Below are positions 28,996 to 47,340 of a stretch of 64,000 bases of DNA, in pieces. This DNA is from Eledone cirrhosa (Eukaryota). The position numbers were made by a program, and so were the translations under genes. A model generated the notes under the pieces. The model was not told the origin of the DNA. It was given only the letters and a program-made list of their open reading frames with translations, and made no database searches. The DNA lies in NCBI GenBank assembly GCA_964016885.1, contig OZ024743.1:253890001-253954000 (forward strand). Direction: 5' to 3'. Numbering within the stretch: the first letter of the stretch is position 1; every line of letters begins with the position of its first letter.

Positions 28996-29769
28996 TCCAC
29001 CTCTAATGGTAGGTAGAATGTAGAGATATATTTTGTAAAAGAAGTAACGACTTTGAAGTTTCAACTTGGTTGCAATATATGGCTGCATCCTGTTGCGGTC
29101 TCGAATGGCTTATGTTTTTATGTAGGTCAGGCTAACGGTATTAATATGTAGATGTGTGTATTGATTCAATTATTCCATATGAAAACAGTCAATATAGATT
29201 GAAGATGAGCAGTACAGGATTAATCTTGTACCAACAGTAACATATACAATACAGTTTCTGCGGCCTTCACGCTAAAATATTTATCACTATAATTCAGTGA
29301 TTCCCAAACTTCTCACTACCAAGCAGATATTTTATTTAACTCTCTTGTTACTATATTTCTAACGAAAGACTGTCTATAATTTTAAAATAATTTTGAAAAT
29401 AATCAAGCATTTGGATGGATGCATTTTTAAGATTATACTTGAAACATAATCTAACAAATGATTGTACATAAAATTAGAATGACATATTTTTAGATAATTA
29501 TGAATTCTTTAATGTATAAATATTGGACTGAGGAAGCATGGGGTCGGTAAATGCTATTACATAACGTTTCCTTCGGTTTCCTGATTTTTCTACTTAACAA
29601 GTTGCTTTTATTAATTAACTACAAATTCCTTTCCTTACTTTCATTTTTTAATTGAAATATATTTGTACCTGAAAATTCAACAAAATATCTGGCAGTAGTA
29701 AACAAAAAAGAATTGTTTAACACTTTTGATACCAGCCAGCCCGCCCCAAAGCACATGTTTCTATGAGAC

Positions 29770-30030
29770 AAGATGGCCTAGTGGTAAGAGTGTTGGACTT
29801 CCGTTCATAATGTTGTGGATTCGATTCCTGGGTTGCGTGTTGTTTTCTTGAGTAAACCACTTCAGTTCACGTTACTCCACTATATACACCTGAAAATCAG
29901 TACAGCAAGCTGGGGGTTTATCCCTGCGATTGGCTGACGTCCTGTCCAGAGGGGAGTCTTTTACTCTCAGTTGATCATGCCATAAAACCAGGATAAGCAC
30001 CAGCGTAATGAGCCTTCTCGCTTAAGACAT
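29770..30030 (+). mobile_element. tRNA-derived SINE with V/CORE-like central domain
   Basis: A-box TGGCCTAGTGG, B-box GATTCGATTCC and CCTGCGAT..CGTCCTGTCCAG. Homologues at 53690-53885 (+) and 57282-57512 (-). Confidence 0.75.
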
Positions 30031-31574
30031 ACTTTATTTGGGTGGGCTAGAGTAATTTGAGATAAAGAACCTTCCTCATGAACACAATATGACACCAGGT
30101 ATTCATATCACAACCTTCCAAATGTGAGCTGAACACTCCACTATGCCATGCACCTTCTCTTCCATAATAGTTAATTGAAATAAGTACCAGTTATATATTG
30201 GGTTTGATTGCATTACTTTACAACAATTTATCATTTTTTGCACTTAGAACAAATCTATAATTTTATTATAATTTTATTAACAACTCAAATTTTTCATTAA
30301 ATAATTTAAATACAAAGTATTTCATTGAAAATACTGTATCCACGGGTTAATGCGATTGTTCCTGATATTTTCTAGATTTTAAGTCCAACATAAAAAAAAA
30401 ATCATATATCAGGTTTTAAAAAGTGTCTAAAACTTTTCACCTATCCCTGTAGGTTTGGAAAACATGTTGAAACTTTAGAAATTTGTTTTTATTGGCTTTA
30501 TTGTAGGTCCTTATACGCAGCATCCGCTTGAAACTTTGAACTTATCACACAAAACCGGAATAAAATATTGTGGAGCTCCTAGAACACATGAGCCACAGTC
30601 TAGGAACTGGTACTATTGTCAAACAATGCCCTTACGTTTGAATGGGGAGGAGTAGGTAGTAGTGCTTGAGGTTGATTCTTACAGTTCTTACAGATAAATA
30701 TAAACAAATTTGCATACATCATAAAGACTTACTTAGCTTGTATTCTGTGATTGATACTTGATGAATCTTAAACAAGAACCAAAATTAGTCAAATCAACAT
30801 TGGTCAGTGTGTGTTATTCTGTATTTTATTCTGTATTTTATTCTGATATAGACACATACATATACATTTGTGTATACAGTTCTATATTACACACACACAC
30901 ACATATATATATATAAATATATTAACTGGTCCTCGTCAGGACGATCCCTCCCACGCTTGCGAAATGTATTGAGTACCTTCATTACTGTGGTTACCCCGAT
31001 TAAACCAGGGACACACACGCAGATACACACGCACACATACAAATATATATTTATGTGTGTGTGTGTGTGGGTGTGTGTCTGTGTGTGTTTAAAGCCACTG
31101 CAAACATGTATACAATCAAACATATATATATAAACAGACAAGCACAACAGAAAAAATTCAGGAAATTTCCATGTCCAACTGTCTGTAAAGACTTTGCTAA
31201 CAGATTGAAATCATTAAAGAGAAAGAATGAAAGAAAGATGGGGCATTGATACAATGAGTGAAAAATAAGGGAAACAAATATAAAGAATAAGAAACGTAAA
31301 CATAAAAGAAAGAGAGAAGAATGTATGAAAGGATTACGGATTATTATTTGTAAAAACCGATAAAAGGTTTTCCCATGTAAGATAATAGGAATACAAATAT
31401 AACCATTTTTTTATCTGGTCATTCTCTTCCATCCCTCGCTCATCCTTAGCAACAACCATATTGGTTTTAACTCTAATAATCCATGTAAAAACCTATAAAA
31501 CTTTGTTTTACATGCTTAGCTATATCTCAAGATGTTCCTATCTTACAATAAGTCTTCTGCCACCACGTCTACAT

Positions 31575-34149
<2,575 letters not shown>

Positions 34150-34440
34150 CGCGCACTCTTTTTCCTTCCGAGACCCTAACAGCAGATGTTCGACATCTCT
34201 AGCTAGGCACATTAAGAACCTTAAATTAACCAGCATTGAACATTCACTAACATGGGATATCTTAGCTAGGGCCCAACCGTTCAATTGACGAAGAATATCT
34301 TGTGATCTCTGTATTGCCGAAGCATATTACATAACTCTAACGCGACCTCTACCGATTAACGATAGAACGGAGGTAACTATTAGCTGTCAACATCGAAGGG
34401 TTAATTCCTTCGCCAACAGACTATTTGACCCAACATAGTC
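34150..34440 (+). pseudogene. PLE GIY-YIG C-terminal fragment (Naiad-like)
   Basis: LARHIKNLK..LTWDILARAQPFN*..CDLCIAEAYYI..INDRTEVTISCQHR. Confidence 0.7.
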
Positions 34441-35063
34441 ATCTAGCCCCATTTTTACTTGTAGCTAATAAGTTAAATAGCTATAACTAACTTAGATAAT
34501 TATAAGTTACCACCCCTACATTGTCTCCCAATTAAAAAATTAAAAACTTAGCACTTAACTATAAACTACCCACAATTTCTAATCTCTCGAGGAGTTACTT
34601 CCGCTGAAAGCACCCTCTAATTAGTAAGGTAAATATGTCCATTGGCGGCCATCTTCTTACCCATAGGAAAATCTCACACAATGCAGCCTCGACAGAAGAA
34701 TAATGCTTGATTATGGCAGACAATTGATACACCCAGGACACCATAGTGAAATAACAATATATGGAACATTACATTATGTAACATTCTTTACTTATTTTAA
34801 TTTATATTCCTTTGAAGTTCCAATGAGCCGCTCTATCTTTAATTATGTTAATTATTTTCAACTGAACCAGATCAATAATAATATATAGTCATTTGATCCA
34901 GAAATATTATATGGAGTAGCGAAACAATTGGAAACGGACATTATTATTATTAATATTATTATTATTATTCTCTACATTCCTTACATCAAACTAAAATATG
35001 TTGACAATCTTTTAATAATGTCTTCCATGTGAAATTTGTGGTCTTGTTTTGCTTAACTAATGA

Positions 35064-35173
<110 letters not shown>

Positions 35174-35412
35174 ATATATATATATATATATATATAGTTA
35201 TGTAATAAACAACATAAGACAATTATTCCATTTACCAACAGAGACATCTGAAATCGCTCATCAGAATAAAAATTTAATATGGTCGTAAGATATGAATTTA
35301 AAAACAAAGGCTATTACAATTGAAAGCGAAGCTGATATATAATAAGATAAAAATAAGAAATAAAATAAAATAAGGGGGAAAATATGCACTGAAGCAGAAC
35401 GTAAGGTTATGT

Positions 35413-35461
<49 letters not shown>

Positions 35462-35574
35462 ACCCACACACATATATACATATAGTCACACATACATACA
35501 TAGACACGTACATATAGACATACATATACACATGCACATACACACACATATATATATATATGAAATTTTGTTAA

Positions 35575-36070
35575 AATTAGCTACTCTTGCTGCCCATCCA
35601 TGAAATCTAAAATTACCAGCATGAGTATCAATAAAGGAAATCCAGGATATAGTTGCAGAAAAGTTGAAGAATGCCCTTTAGAGGGCAAATGCAATACGAA
35701 ATTAATCGTATACGAGGCTAATGTAGCACCAATTGTGAATAACCAGCCAGCCATGAGTGAGCGATATGTGGGTATGACGCAAGATAGATTCAAAATCAGA
35801 TACTACGTACATGTCGCTTCTTTCAAACACCCAGACAAAAGGCGCTGGGAAATAAGTGTGGCGTTAAAAGAACGTAATATTCCATATTTGATTGAGTGGT
35901 TCATTTTAGACTACACAAAACAATATCAGAAAAACACAAAGAAATATTATTTGTGTATAACCGAAAAATACAGAAACAGCAAAATATGAAATCTTTTTTA
36001 TACCTGCCTCAATTCTAAATCTAGGATCTTCAGAAGTTGTCCACACATCAAATCATATCATCTTTACAGC
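35575..36070 (+). pseudogene. PLE GIY-YIG fragment (Naiad-like)
   Basis: CRKVEECPLEGKC..IVYEA..YVGMTQDRFKIRY..HVASF..LCITEK..CPH. Confidence 0.82.
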
Positions 36071-36329
36071 TGGTATAATATACCTTTGGACACTCAACCA
36101 CTCTGAACTTCCTCGTTTTACAAATTAACTCTTCCACTCACTACATTGATCTCTTTATGAACACATACATTTAAATACAGCCATTACACACAATAACACC
36201 CACTTATTTATTTTAATCATATTCCTCCCTTTCTTTTCATAAGTTTAACACACATACACCGACCTCTTTCATTCTTTCCATCCTTCATAACTTATTAGAG
36301 ACTTTGAAAACTTCTTCCTTTTTAACCTT

Positions 36330-36520
36330 TAACCATGCGGTGGTTTGGCAGTATCGGTATAGGGTCGGTAGAGGTCGACAGAGTTACGCCCCTTTATGAT
36401 CTGAGTTCAAATCCTGCCGAGGTTAACTTTGCCTTTCATCCTTACAGGGTCGATAAAATAAAGTACCAGTAATGCACTGGGATAATTGCTGGCCTTGTGC
36501 CAAATGTAGAAACAATTATT
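36330..36520 (+). mobile_element. Nin/Deu-type SINE copy
   Basis: Same B-box and GCCTTTCATCCTTAC.GGGTCGATAAAATAAAGTACCAG core as 8829. Confidence 0.75.
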
Positions 36521-36750
36521 ATAAATCGGAAACCCCCATTCTACCTTCAGATAATATATTCATACAAATATATATATGGATATATGCCTGTTTCTGTATG
36601 TATCTATTTATGCATGTGTTTATGTATAATTATGTGTGTATTCTTGCATTTATATGTGTATATGTATAATTATATATGTATGTATGTACATGTTTATATA
36701 TGTGTATGTATATGTTCTGCATGTACGTGCGTGTGTGCATGAGTGTATAA

Positions 36751-36829
<79 letters not shown>

Positions 36830-36830
<1 letters not shown>

Positions 36831-37483
36831 CTTGGAGCAACATATATGAACTTTCCCGATATAAGGTATGACTCTCTTTGATTATTTTTTATATGAATAT
36901 TGATTGTTAGTTCTTGTAATCTCATTCTATATGTGTCATTTAGCGGTGCGCACATATGAATATTTTTTCATATCCAATTGAGTTCTTAGCACGTGGCTTG
37001 AATTATATGTCAGAGTTCAACGACCTGCGTATGTATTGTTTTGGCGGAAGCCTCCTTCCTCCCATTTTCGGGACGGTGTGAGATTTTCTTTAGAACTGTT
37101 GGACTAACAACCTAGGAGCTCCCTCAAACACTGATGGTGATTATTGCTAAATATTGATGTTGATTTGGTTATCAATATTAATGTTATTGGGTTACCCACT
37201 GAAGATTTATAAGTGCCCACTTGAATAAGTATCTGTTGATCATATACAAGCTTCTACATAACTTGGTATATTTTCACCCAACTTGTAAAAATCTTATAAT
37301 GAAACGAGTCGTCTGGGAAATGATATATTTGATATATCTCATATGAAATAATACAGCCAATTATCCACACAATGCAATATAGTTAGCACACCAAATGTTT
37401 AATTGGGAATATACTCAGGTATTTCCTAATGATTGTTGAGTGAGTTGGAATTTTGCCGGAGTATCGCTATAAGCTTTCGCTGA
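36830..37483 (+). mobile_element. Non-coding (TA)n-embedded element with a long-stem-II hammerhead; other copies at 59762-60235 (-) and 46186-46356 (-)
   Basis: CCCA-CTGAAGA-T-TTATAAG..(approx. 80 nt)..CTTATAA-T-GAAA-CGAGTCG-TC^-TGGG at 37195-37317. Clear reverse-complement homology to 59762-60235. Confidence 0.75.
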
Positions 37484-37540
37484 TTATGTATGTATATATA
37501 TATATATATATATATATACAAGTGGAAGTTTAGTAAATTA

Positions 37541-37575
<35 letters not shown>

Positions 37576-37598
37576 ATATCTACCTATCTATCTATCTA

Positions 37599-37983
<385 letters not shown>

Positions 37984-37994
37984 GATAGATAAAT

Positions 37995-38108
37995 ATACAC
38001 GGGTGTGTATGATTGTGTATAGAAGATAATATTAATAAAAGGAATTCCAACTTTGTCTGATTTACTCGTTTTAAACGAGTAAATCAGACAAAGTTGGAAT
38101 TCCTTTTA

Positions 38109-38115
<7 letters not shown>
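37995..38115. repeat. Perfect approx. 85-bp palindrome from the family at 39776-40208
   Basis: TATTAATAAAAGGAATTCCAACTTTGTCTGATTTACTCGTTT-T-AAACGAG..TTATTAATA, centre 38072. Confidence 0.9.
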
Positions 38116-38188
<73 letters not shown>

Positions 38189-38196
38189 CATATATG

Positions 38197-38324
<128 letters not shown>

Positions 38325-38681
38325 TATATATGAGTGTGTGTATATACGCATGTATACGTGTGTGTGTGTTTATGTATCGATACTTTCCTGTCCATATTTC
38401 TTATCTCTATAATCTATATAAGTTTATATAAGAATATATGTGCAAGGATTATTATGTTTGCATTTCAATGCTTTTTGTCTAATTAATTTATCTTTTTTCT
38501 ATTACGAATTTCTAAATGCGTCTGTATGTATGTACCTATTATTTTTATGTGTGTGTATATATATTAAGTGTACGTATGTGTATATATATATATATATATA
38601 CACACACGTACATAGACATACATACAAACATATACACACATATTTATATACATATATATATATACACACACACATGCGTGA

Positions 38682-38729
<48 letters not shown>

Positions 38730-38818
38730 ATAGACATACATAGAAACATACACACACATGTAAATATATATACACATACCACGCATATGCATACATACAC
38801 ACACGCTTATATATATGC

Positions 38819-38912
<94 letters not shown>

Positions 38913-38924
38913 ATATAAATATAT

Positions 38925-39230
38925 ATAAAATATTAAAAAAATAATGAATAAAACAATGAAACAGTTCTTTATATTAAACAAAAAAAGTTCATTATTTAAC
39001 GATCGTTTCTAGGACATATATGTGTTAGAATTGGCATGCATATTCAAAAGATCTATGTACAAAATTATACAAAATTATACAAACTATCAAATAGAATATA
39101 CATACCAACACATACATATGCCGTCTTCAGAAATAATGAAGTATATTTATTGATAATAACAACAATTCAAAATTACAGGTCTGTTTGGGAACAGATTTTA
39201 AATAGACCAATGAAATACATAAAAATACAT
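38925..39230 (-). mobile_element. Solo copy of the 3' UTR/pLTR of the PLE at 43020-45670
   Basis: Reverse-complement similarity to 45400-45670 (CTAGAAACGATCGT, CCCAAACAGACC, TTATTTCTGAAGAC). Confidence 0.75.
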
Positions 39231-39775
39231 CAAGAACATACAGTTAGGTGTGTGTATATATGCAAGTAACTTCGTTCACAGATATGCATAAAAATGTATG
39301 TTCACATGCATACGCATGTCGAAAAAGTGTATGTAAATACAAAAAGTCAGGGCTAATGTCTCTGTATGTTTATAATCCACAGACAAAATACACATACGTA
39401 TACATACATATATACACTCATATATACACACATATACATACATTCATACACACACACGCATATATACACAAACATACACATACCCACGAACACACACACA
39501 CACATATATACACACACACACACACATACGTATATATTATTATTATAACTATATGGATATTGAGGCGCACACATAAACACGGCCACATACACTTACATCT
39601 AGATGCAGAACTAAAAATAGGTAAGGGAGTAAGTAATTACAGAGGGTGTCAGACTCAGCATATTTATAAAAATGTATCTATAAATTTAGAAATAAAAAGA
39701 AATATATTAAAAGAAATAAACAAGTAAAACATATAGTCATACATATAAATACACACATATATAAATATATATATA

Positions 39776-40557
<782 letters not shown>

Positions 40558-40564
40558 CACACAG

Positions 40565-40685
<121 letters not shown>

Positions 40686-41071
40686 TACATATATACTTAA
40701 GGTAAATATTGATACAATTCAATTGAAGCACTCAACGCACTTATTCCACATAGGAGTGACGGAGTAAATATCGAATAAGGAAAAGCGAAGTAGTTTCAGA
40801 TGTTAAAGTCCTTCAATAACAATGCTGTGACACATATTTCAATGGCAACAGTGGCCACACTGTTCCGTGCGCCAGTGCCGCGACATCGTCAGACAGCCTG
40901 TTACACAATAAAGTTATGTTTGCGAGGCAATCCAAACCGAATCGACATGGGAACGAACGAAGCGTGCGCTCTTTCTTGAACATGGCGGACATTGTTGTCT
41001 CTTGAGGTCACTGATTGTGACTTGGTGATAACTCGTATGAAAATAAAGCAAGATAAATGCAACTGTAATAA

Positions 41072-41107
<36 letters not shown>

Positions 41108-41108
<1 letters not shown>

Positions 41109-43019
41109 GATTTCTTTATTAAACACAAGGGTTTACATAAAGTAGACATTAAGGACAGTGCAGAACAATACAGTACGGTACAAATGGGCATTTCTGCGTG
41201 TAAAAAATAAAAACAGAGGATGTAACAAAAAAATAACAAGAAAAATTCCCCAATAGGGGGGAGACTTCGGAGGGACATTTGTGGAGAAAGCCCAGTAAAA
41301 GGCCACAGTGACCCTGACCACCAAGGCAAGTGCCCTCTCCCATCTTCTCTCACCTATCTTTCAACAAAATGCTGGGAAGAGAGCACTTCCCTCTCTACCC
41401 TGATTTTCCTTTTCAAATGAAATTTGAAAAAGTTAATCAGGGCATCACCGAAGAGGTAAGTGCTCGTCTTCAGCCCTTTCAAACGTGTCCACCATACTAT
41501 CTCTGTCGCCATGGCCACCAGACAGATAAAAACTAGATAAAAACAGGAAGAGGGCGGAGCAATCCTCACGATGGACTCAGATGATAGCCTGATCCGTCCT
41601 ACACGCGACAGCAGGTGTTCGACATAAACCACAAGTCAGCCATTTTCGGACACTGGACGAGTGCGTGCAGGACGGTTTCGTCGCTCTGCGCGAATCTCGG
41701 ACATGCCCGGCTGACGGCACCTCCATGCCTGTAGAGTTTATCGCGAACAGTCAAAGCTCCTCGGTAGCACTGCCAGGCCAGGGATTTCTGGAAGTTGTCT
41801 ATAGGCCCCGGCCCGAAAGTTCTTCCACATAGATTGTCTAGTTGATTTTCGTCGACGCCTAGAGTTTCCCCAAGTACGTCGTCGCTCATCCCCACCACTA
41901 ATCCTCTATAGAACGCCAAGCTAGAGTTTCCACCGATCACATTGCCCGATTGGCCGTTGGGCTGTGAGCGCCTGAAGACATACCAGTCTCCAAGCGCTCC
42001 CTCTCGGTTTTCGCTTGACCCAGGACTGCAGCTCCGTCAAGGAGATGAGCTGGGGAAAGACGCGTCTAGCAAACGGCGACCACACCTGGTCACCGTCGAG
42101 GAAGAGGTGGAGATGTCGTAGCCTGAGCGCGTGTCTGCGCATCATCAGCCACGGCTTGCCCAGCCCTCCATGTAGCGGGTGTTGACAGCAGATGGACCGC
42201 CTGACCATCGGAGCGCATCCTTTCCACACAATGCGAAAGAGCAAACGCTCCAGCGCAGTCAGGCGGGGTTTAGGACAAGGCACGACGGTCAGGCGGTAGT
42301 AGATGACGGACACGATGTACGCGTTTGCCACCTCCGTTCGACCTTTCAGGGATAGCTTCCTCTCCGCCCATTTCTGGGTGAGTGAAGCCACCCTGCTCGT
42401 CACCTCGTCCCAGGTTTTGTCCGTCTGGAGGTCTGGACCGAACCAGACCCCTAGCAATTTAACCGGTCGTCCAGCGCCCGACGACGCTGTTGGTCGTCAT
42501 TTACCTGCCTTTCCAGGTGCCGAGCTGCAGGCCCACTGACCTTTCCTGGTTGATCATTGCCCCTGTCACCGCTTCGTATTCTCTTAGTGTAGTGCCGATC
42601 GCCTGGTTGTGTTTGGCGTTCGACACGACTACGGTGACATCGTCCGCATATGCTGCCACGGATCTTCCGCATCCTAGTTCGCGCGGGACCCCCATCAACT
42701 TCTCCAGTTTGTGCAGTAATGGCTCGAGAGTCAATACGTACAAGATGGACTAGAGGGGACATCCTTGGCGGACCGAGCGCATGATGTTGAACGGTTCCGA
42801 AATGTGACCGTTCACTCTCACCTCAAAGCAGATGTCGCTGTGCATGGCAGCGATCCAGCTTCTGAAGACGGGCCCAAAGCCAGCCGCCCTCAGGACTGCC
42901 GATAGGTAACGATGGTCGACCCTTTCAAAACCTTGCGACTGATCTAAATTGATCAAGGACCCACCCGTGCCAGGTTCCCTAGCTTCCCTATCTACGATGT
43001 ATCGCATGCGGTGGAGGTT
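41108..43019 (-). mobile_element. 5'-truncated Tx1/L1-clade LINE with (ATT)n tail
   Basis: LDQSQGFERVDHRYL, SVRQGCPL, AYADDVTV, LGVWFG, LSLKGR, GGLG.P and zf-RVT-like CPR..ETVLHALVQCP. AATAAA then (ATT)n at 41065-41120. Frameshifted. Confidence 0.9.
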
Positions 43020-44393
43020 ATTAGAAAATTCGGTAAAAAGCTTATTAGAACATTCCTTAAAGACTATTATAGTCTAGATATTACATTTGAAAACACAAGT
43101 AAAGTAGTTCATTTCCTAGATATAACATTAGACTTATCTATGGGTATCTACCAACCTTACCATAAACCCAACCAAAATTTACACTACATACTCTCACAAT
43201 CTAATCACCCTAAATCTATCATTAAAAACCTTGCATATAATATATCACTTAGAATTTCTAACCTTTCGTCTAACCAAGGTGTATTTGATAAAAATGCGAC
43301 CTTTTATAACGAAGCTCTAGCTAGAAGTGGCCACAAAGATAAATTAGTATATATACCTTCTACCAATATTACTACAGACATACAACCTAATATTACCAAC
43401 AAACACCAAATGAAACATACACACCTAAATGCCACTCACACTATACCCCAAAACACCAACATAAAACCAAATTTCTCTAACTCTTCTAATATACAATATA
43501 GTAACTCTCAAAAAACTACTCATCCTACAACTCTAATAAATGTTAATAATAAAACTCCTAATAAACAAGCTAAAACACCTAAATCAATAAATCTAACTAA
43601 AAATGTGTGTGGTGAGGTCATTAACAATAATTCTCTTAATAAACATCAGGATACATCCTATAAAAACAATAAACAACATCGAAACCGTAATAGACGAGTT
43701 ACTTGGTATAATGCTCCATTTAATCTACAAATTAAGGATAATATACCTAAAAAATTCTTTAATATCCTAGAGAAAACCTTCCCGCCAAACCACAAATACC
43801 ATCAAATTTTAAATAGATCAACGGTTAAATTCTCCTACTCAACAACCAAAAACATAAAACAAAATATAAGTGCCTACAATGCATATAAATGTAAAAAGAC
43901 CATGAGTATACCACCAGTTCATCAAACTAACCATAATATCTCCTCAGATACAGGATTCACGAAAAGTTGTAACTGTAGAAACAAGGCAAACTGTCCATTA
44001 AAAGGAAATTGCCTTGTTAATAACATAGTATATAAATGTAAAGTTAACACTAAGGACTCAATTTATTCATATATAGGAGCTACCTCTAACAAATTTAAGG
44101 TAAGATTTAATACCCACAAACATAGTTTTAAAAATGCCGCACTAGCTAATACAACATCTCTAGCTGAAATAATTAATAATTATAGAAAGAGGAATATAGA
44201 TTATGACCTGACCTGGAGTGTGCTCAAAAGGGCCACCCCTTATCAAAATAGTAGATATGAATGTAGATTATGTTCCCAAGAACTTTTTGAAATAATGAAA
44301 TCTAAGGATATCCTATTAAATAAGCGACAGGAATTAATAATATCGTGTAATCATAAATTGAGAAAAACCTTTAAATATTATAAACCTAATTAA
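43020..44393 (+). CDS. 5'-truncated Penelope-like (probably Naiad) ORF: RT thumb, Asn/Thr/Lys-rich linker and GIY-YIG
   Basis: VHFLDITLDL, SNHPKSI, VTWYNAPFN, CNCRNKANCPLKGNC..IVYKC..YIGAT..RFNTHKHSF, CRLC and LNKRQE..CNH. Uninterrupted for about 457 codons. Confidence 0.9.
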   Translation: MRKFGKKLIRTFLKDYYSLDITFENTSKVVHFLDITLDLSMGIYQPYHKPNQNLHYILSQSNHPKSIIKNLAYNISLRISNLSSNQGVFDKNATFYNEALARSGHKDKLVYIPSTNITTDIQPNITNKHQMKHTHLNATHTIPQNTNIKPNFSNSSNIQYSNSQKTTHPTTLINVNNKTPNKQAKTPKSINLTKNVCGEVINNNSLNKHQDTSYKNNKQHRNRNRRVTWYNAPFNLQIKDNIPKKFFNILEKTFPPNHKYHQILNRSTVKFSYSTTKNIKQNISAYNAYKCKKTMSIPPVHQTNHNISSDTGFTKSCNCRNKANCPLKGNCLVNNIVYKCKVNTKDSIYSYIGATSNKFKVRFNTHKHSFKNAALANTTSLAEIINNYRKRNIDYDLTWSVLKRATPYQNSRYECRLCSQELFEIMKSKDILLNKRQELIISCNHKLRKTFKYYKPN

Positions 44394-44741
44394 TATACAC
44401 TTTAGAAATTAATATATAAACTGTTTTTAATTTAGTTAACCTATAATTAATATTCTACTACTGATGAACCACATAATTTTACATTCCTTCTTACAACTAT
44501 CATTTCCTAAAACTGATACCATTAAGTAAACATATATAATGCCTTAACTTCAGGTTATGACTCTATGTTCCTTGAAATCTCTATATATTTATTATTTCTC
44601 ACTAATAAATTTAATCCCCCCCCCCAATAATTATATGTATATGTAACTATGTATGTGTGTGTATATATGTGTGTATGTATGTATATATGTGTATATATAT
44701 ATATATATATGTGTATATATATATATATATGTGTGTGTGTA

Positions 44742-44783
<42 letters not shown>

Positions 44784-45039
44784 TATATATATTATTTTTA
44801 TATTCTTTTAATTTCCCCTCATCTTTAACAGCACTCTTCAACTGCATCTAACTCTTATTTATCATATCTATATGCATTAGTATAATTTTATCAATATAAA
44901 TATACCCATCAATTAAATTAATTTATATTCTTTTCATAGATGTATTTTTTTCACTAACACTCTTATCATAAAATGTTAGTCTCCTTAGATATGCATTACT
45001 GGTTTATAACAGCAACTGCTCATATACCTTTTACTGACC

Positions 45040-45500
45040 TGACCTATTTTCACCCCTTAAATAACTTTCTCATTCTTCACACTCCATTCAAAACTGAAAT
45101 CTGCCTTATTCTACCCCTAAAATAAGCTTCAATTACTACTATTTTACCATTTGGCCAATTATTAACTTTCTATTGGTTAATTCTAAACCTCTTACCAAAC
45201 AGACAGAATATATTAGATCTTTGTTGGTTTTATTCAATGAACAAATATAATTATTTCTGAGGTCAGCATACGACCTATTTTCATCCCCAAAATAATCTTG
45301 CATTCATAATATTCTGTTCCATCCAAAACTGAAATCTACCTTCCTCTACCCATAATTTAAGGTTCTTCTACTACTATATTACTATCTTAACCCTCACTAT
45401 CTCTCTATTGGACAATTCAAAACCTGTTCCCAAACAGACCTATTGTATTGAATCTTTGTTTTTTTCAATAAACAAATATCATTATTTCTGAAGACAGCAC
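45040..45500 (+). repeat. Approx. 230-bp tandem duplication in the PLE 3' UTR
   Basis: GACCTATTTTCA.CCC, CAAAACTGAAATCT and ATTATTTCTGA each occur twice about 230 bp apart. Confidence 0.75.
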
Positions 45501-45806
45501 ATATATGTGTAGGTATGTATATCCCCTCTGATAGTTTGTATAAATATTGTACATAGATCTATAGAATATGCATACCAACTCTAACACATATATATCCTAG
45601 AAACGATCGTAAAATGATGAATTTTTTTTAATATAAGGAACTGTTTCTTTGTTTATTCATTATTTTATTAATTTATCTTGACTCTGTTTTCCGTTAATTT
45701 TCACCAAAAATAGTTTTTGAATGCATCTTCTCTTTTCATGATATCCTGATTACATTGAGTTCTTCATACGGATTGGACACTACCGTAAATTTTTGGTAGA
45801 TTTATC

Positions 45807-45942
<136 letters not shown>

Positions 45943-46353
45943 TATATTAATTATCGTGTCTATAGTCTGCCTTTCATAGGTTATAGATTCCATAGACTGG
46001 TGGTTTTTTCCCTGTTTTATAGACAGCGCAATGTATATCTCTCTCTGGTGTCTTACCTTTTCAACATATTGTATTTTAAAGAGCTCAGGATTTCTTCTCC
46101 TTTGAGCACATTATTTACAGGGAATGGCGAGGGCCTATGGCTACGTTAATTTATCGTGATATATATATATATATATATAAATACATAATCGGAAAAGCTT
46201 TTAGCGATACGCCGGCCAAACCCCAACTCACTCAACAAACATTAGGAATTAAGAGAGTATATTCATAATTAAACGTTCGGGGTGCTAACTAATTGTATTG
46301 TGTGGAAAATTGGCTGTATTATTTCATATGAGACATATCGAATATATCTCTTC

Positions 46354-46409
<56 letters not shown>

Positions 46410-46806
46410 GACTCACACACAGACATGACTTCCACACATGACTTCCACAAAGTCACTGACTAAACACTTGTAATGTTCTTTCCGTTTTTCCCATTCTGTC
46501 TCGTCAATGTATTCTTTTATTTTTCATTCACTCTTCTGATTTAAATCTAATGTTGAAACTTTGAGAATCTTTTCCTAATATATCAAGTTATCAATTGTTA
46601 AACTCATATATATCTTTATTGTACTGTATTGTTCTCCTGAGTTGTTTTCCTTTGTTGACTTCTCACATTATATATATATATATATTGTATGTATATAAAG
46701 AAAAGAAATTGGAAATGCAGCTTGAGTCTTTTTAAGAATATTTAATAGTTTCCTTTACCGGTTTCACAGTTCAAAAGTATAATTGAGATAGAGTGTTTGT
46801 CGCATC

Positions 46807-46849
<43 letters not shown>

Positions 46850-47233
46850 GCATTATATCATCACCATCATGATCATCGTTTTTGCGTTCATTTTCCCCTT
46901 GCAAGCATGGAAAAACTGGCATAAAAACGACAACGATGATGACAATGATATGAATGATGATGATGATGATGATTATACATTTCAGTCTGCATCTAATTGG
47001 TAACAGGTATACCATGCCACTACATGTAGGAAGAGCCAACTGGAAGTTTTGGTGTCAGGTAGGGCATCTGTGCAAAAAAAGTTGCTTCCAACAGTATCTC
47101 TTCGTGTGACTAAGAAAGTTAATCTGTTTCAAATAGTACTCAATGAAATACAAATTCGTTGCGCAGAATAAAAGCATTTTTTGTCAGGATATAGTATGCC
47201 ATATATATATATATATATAATATAAAGAGAGAA

Positions 47234-47340
<107 letters not shown>

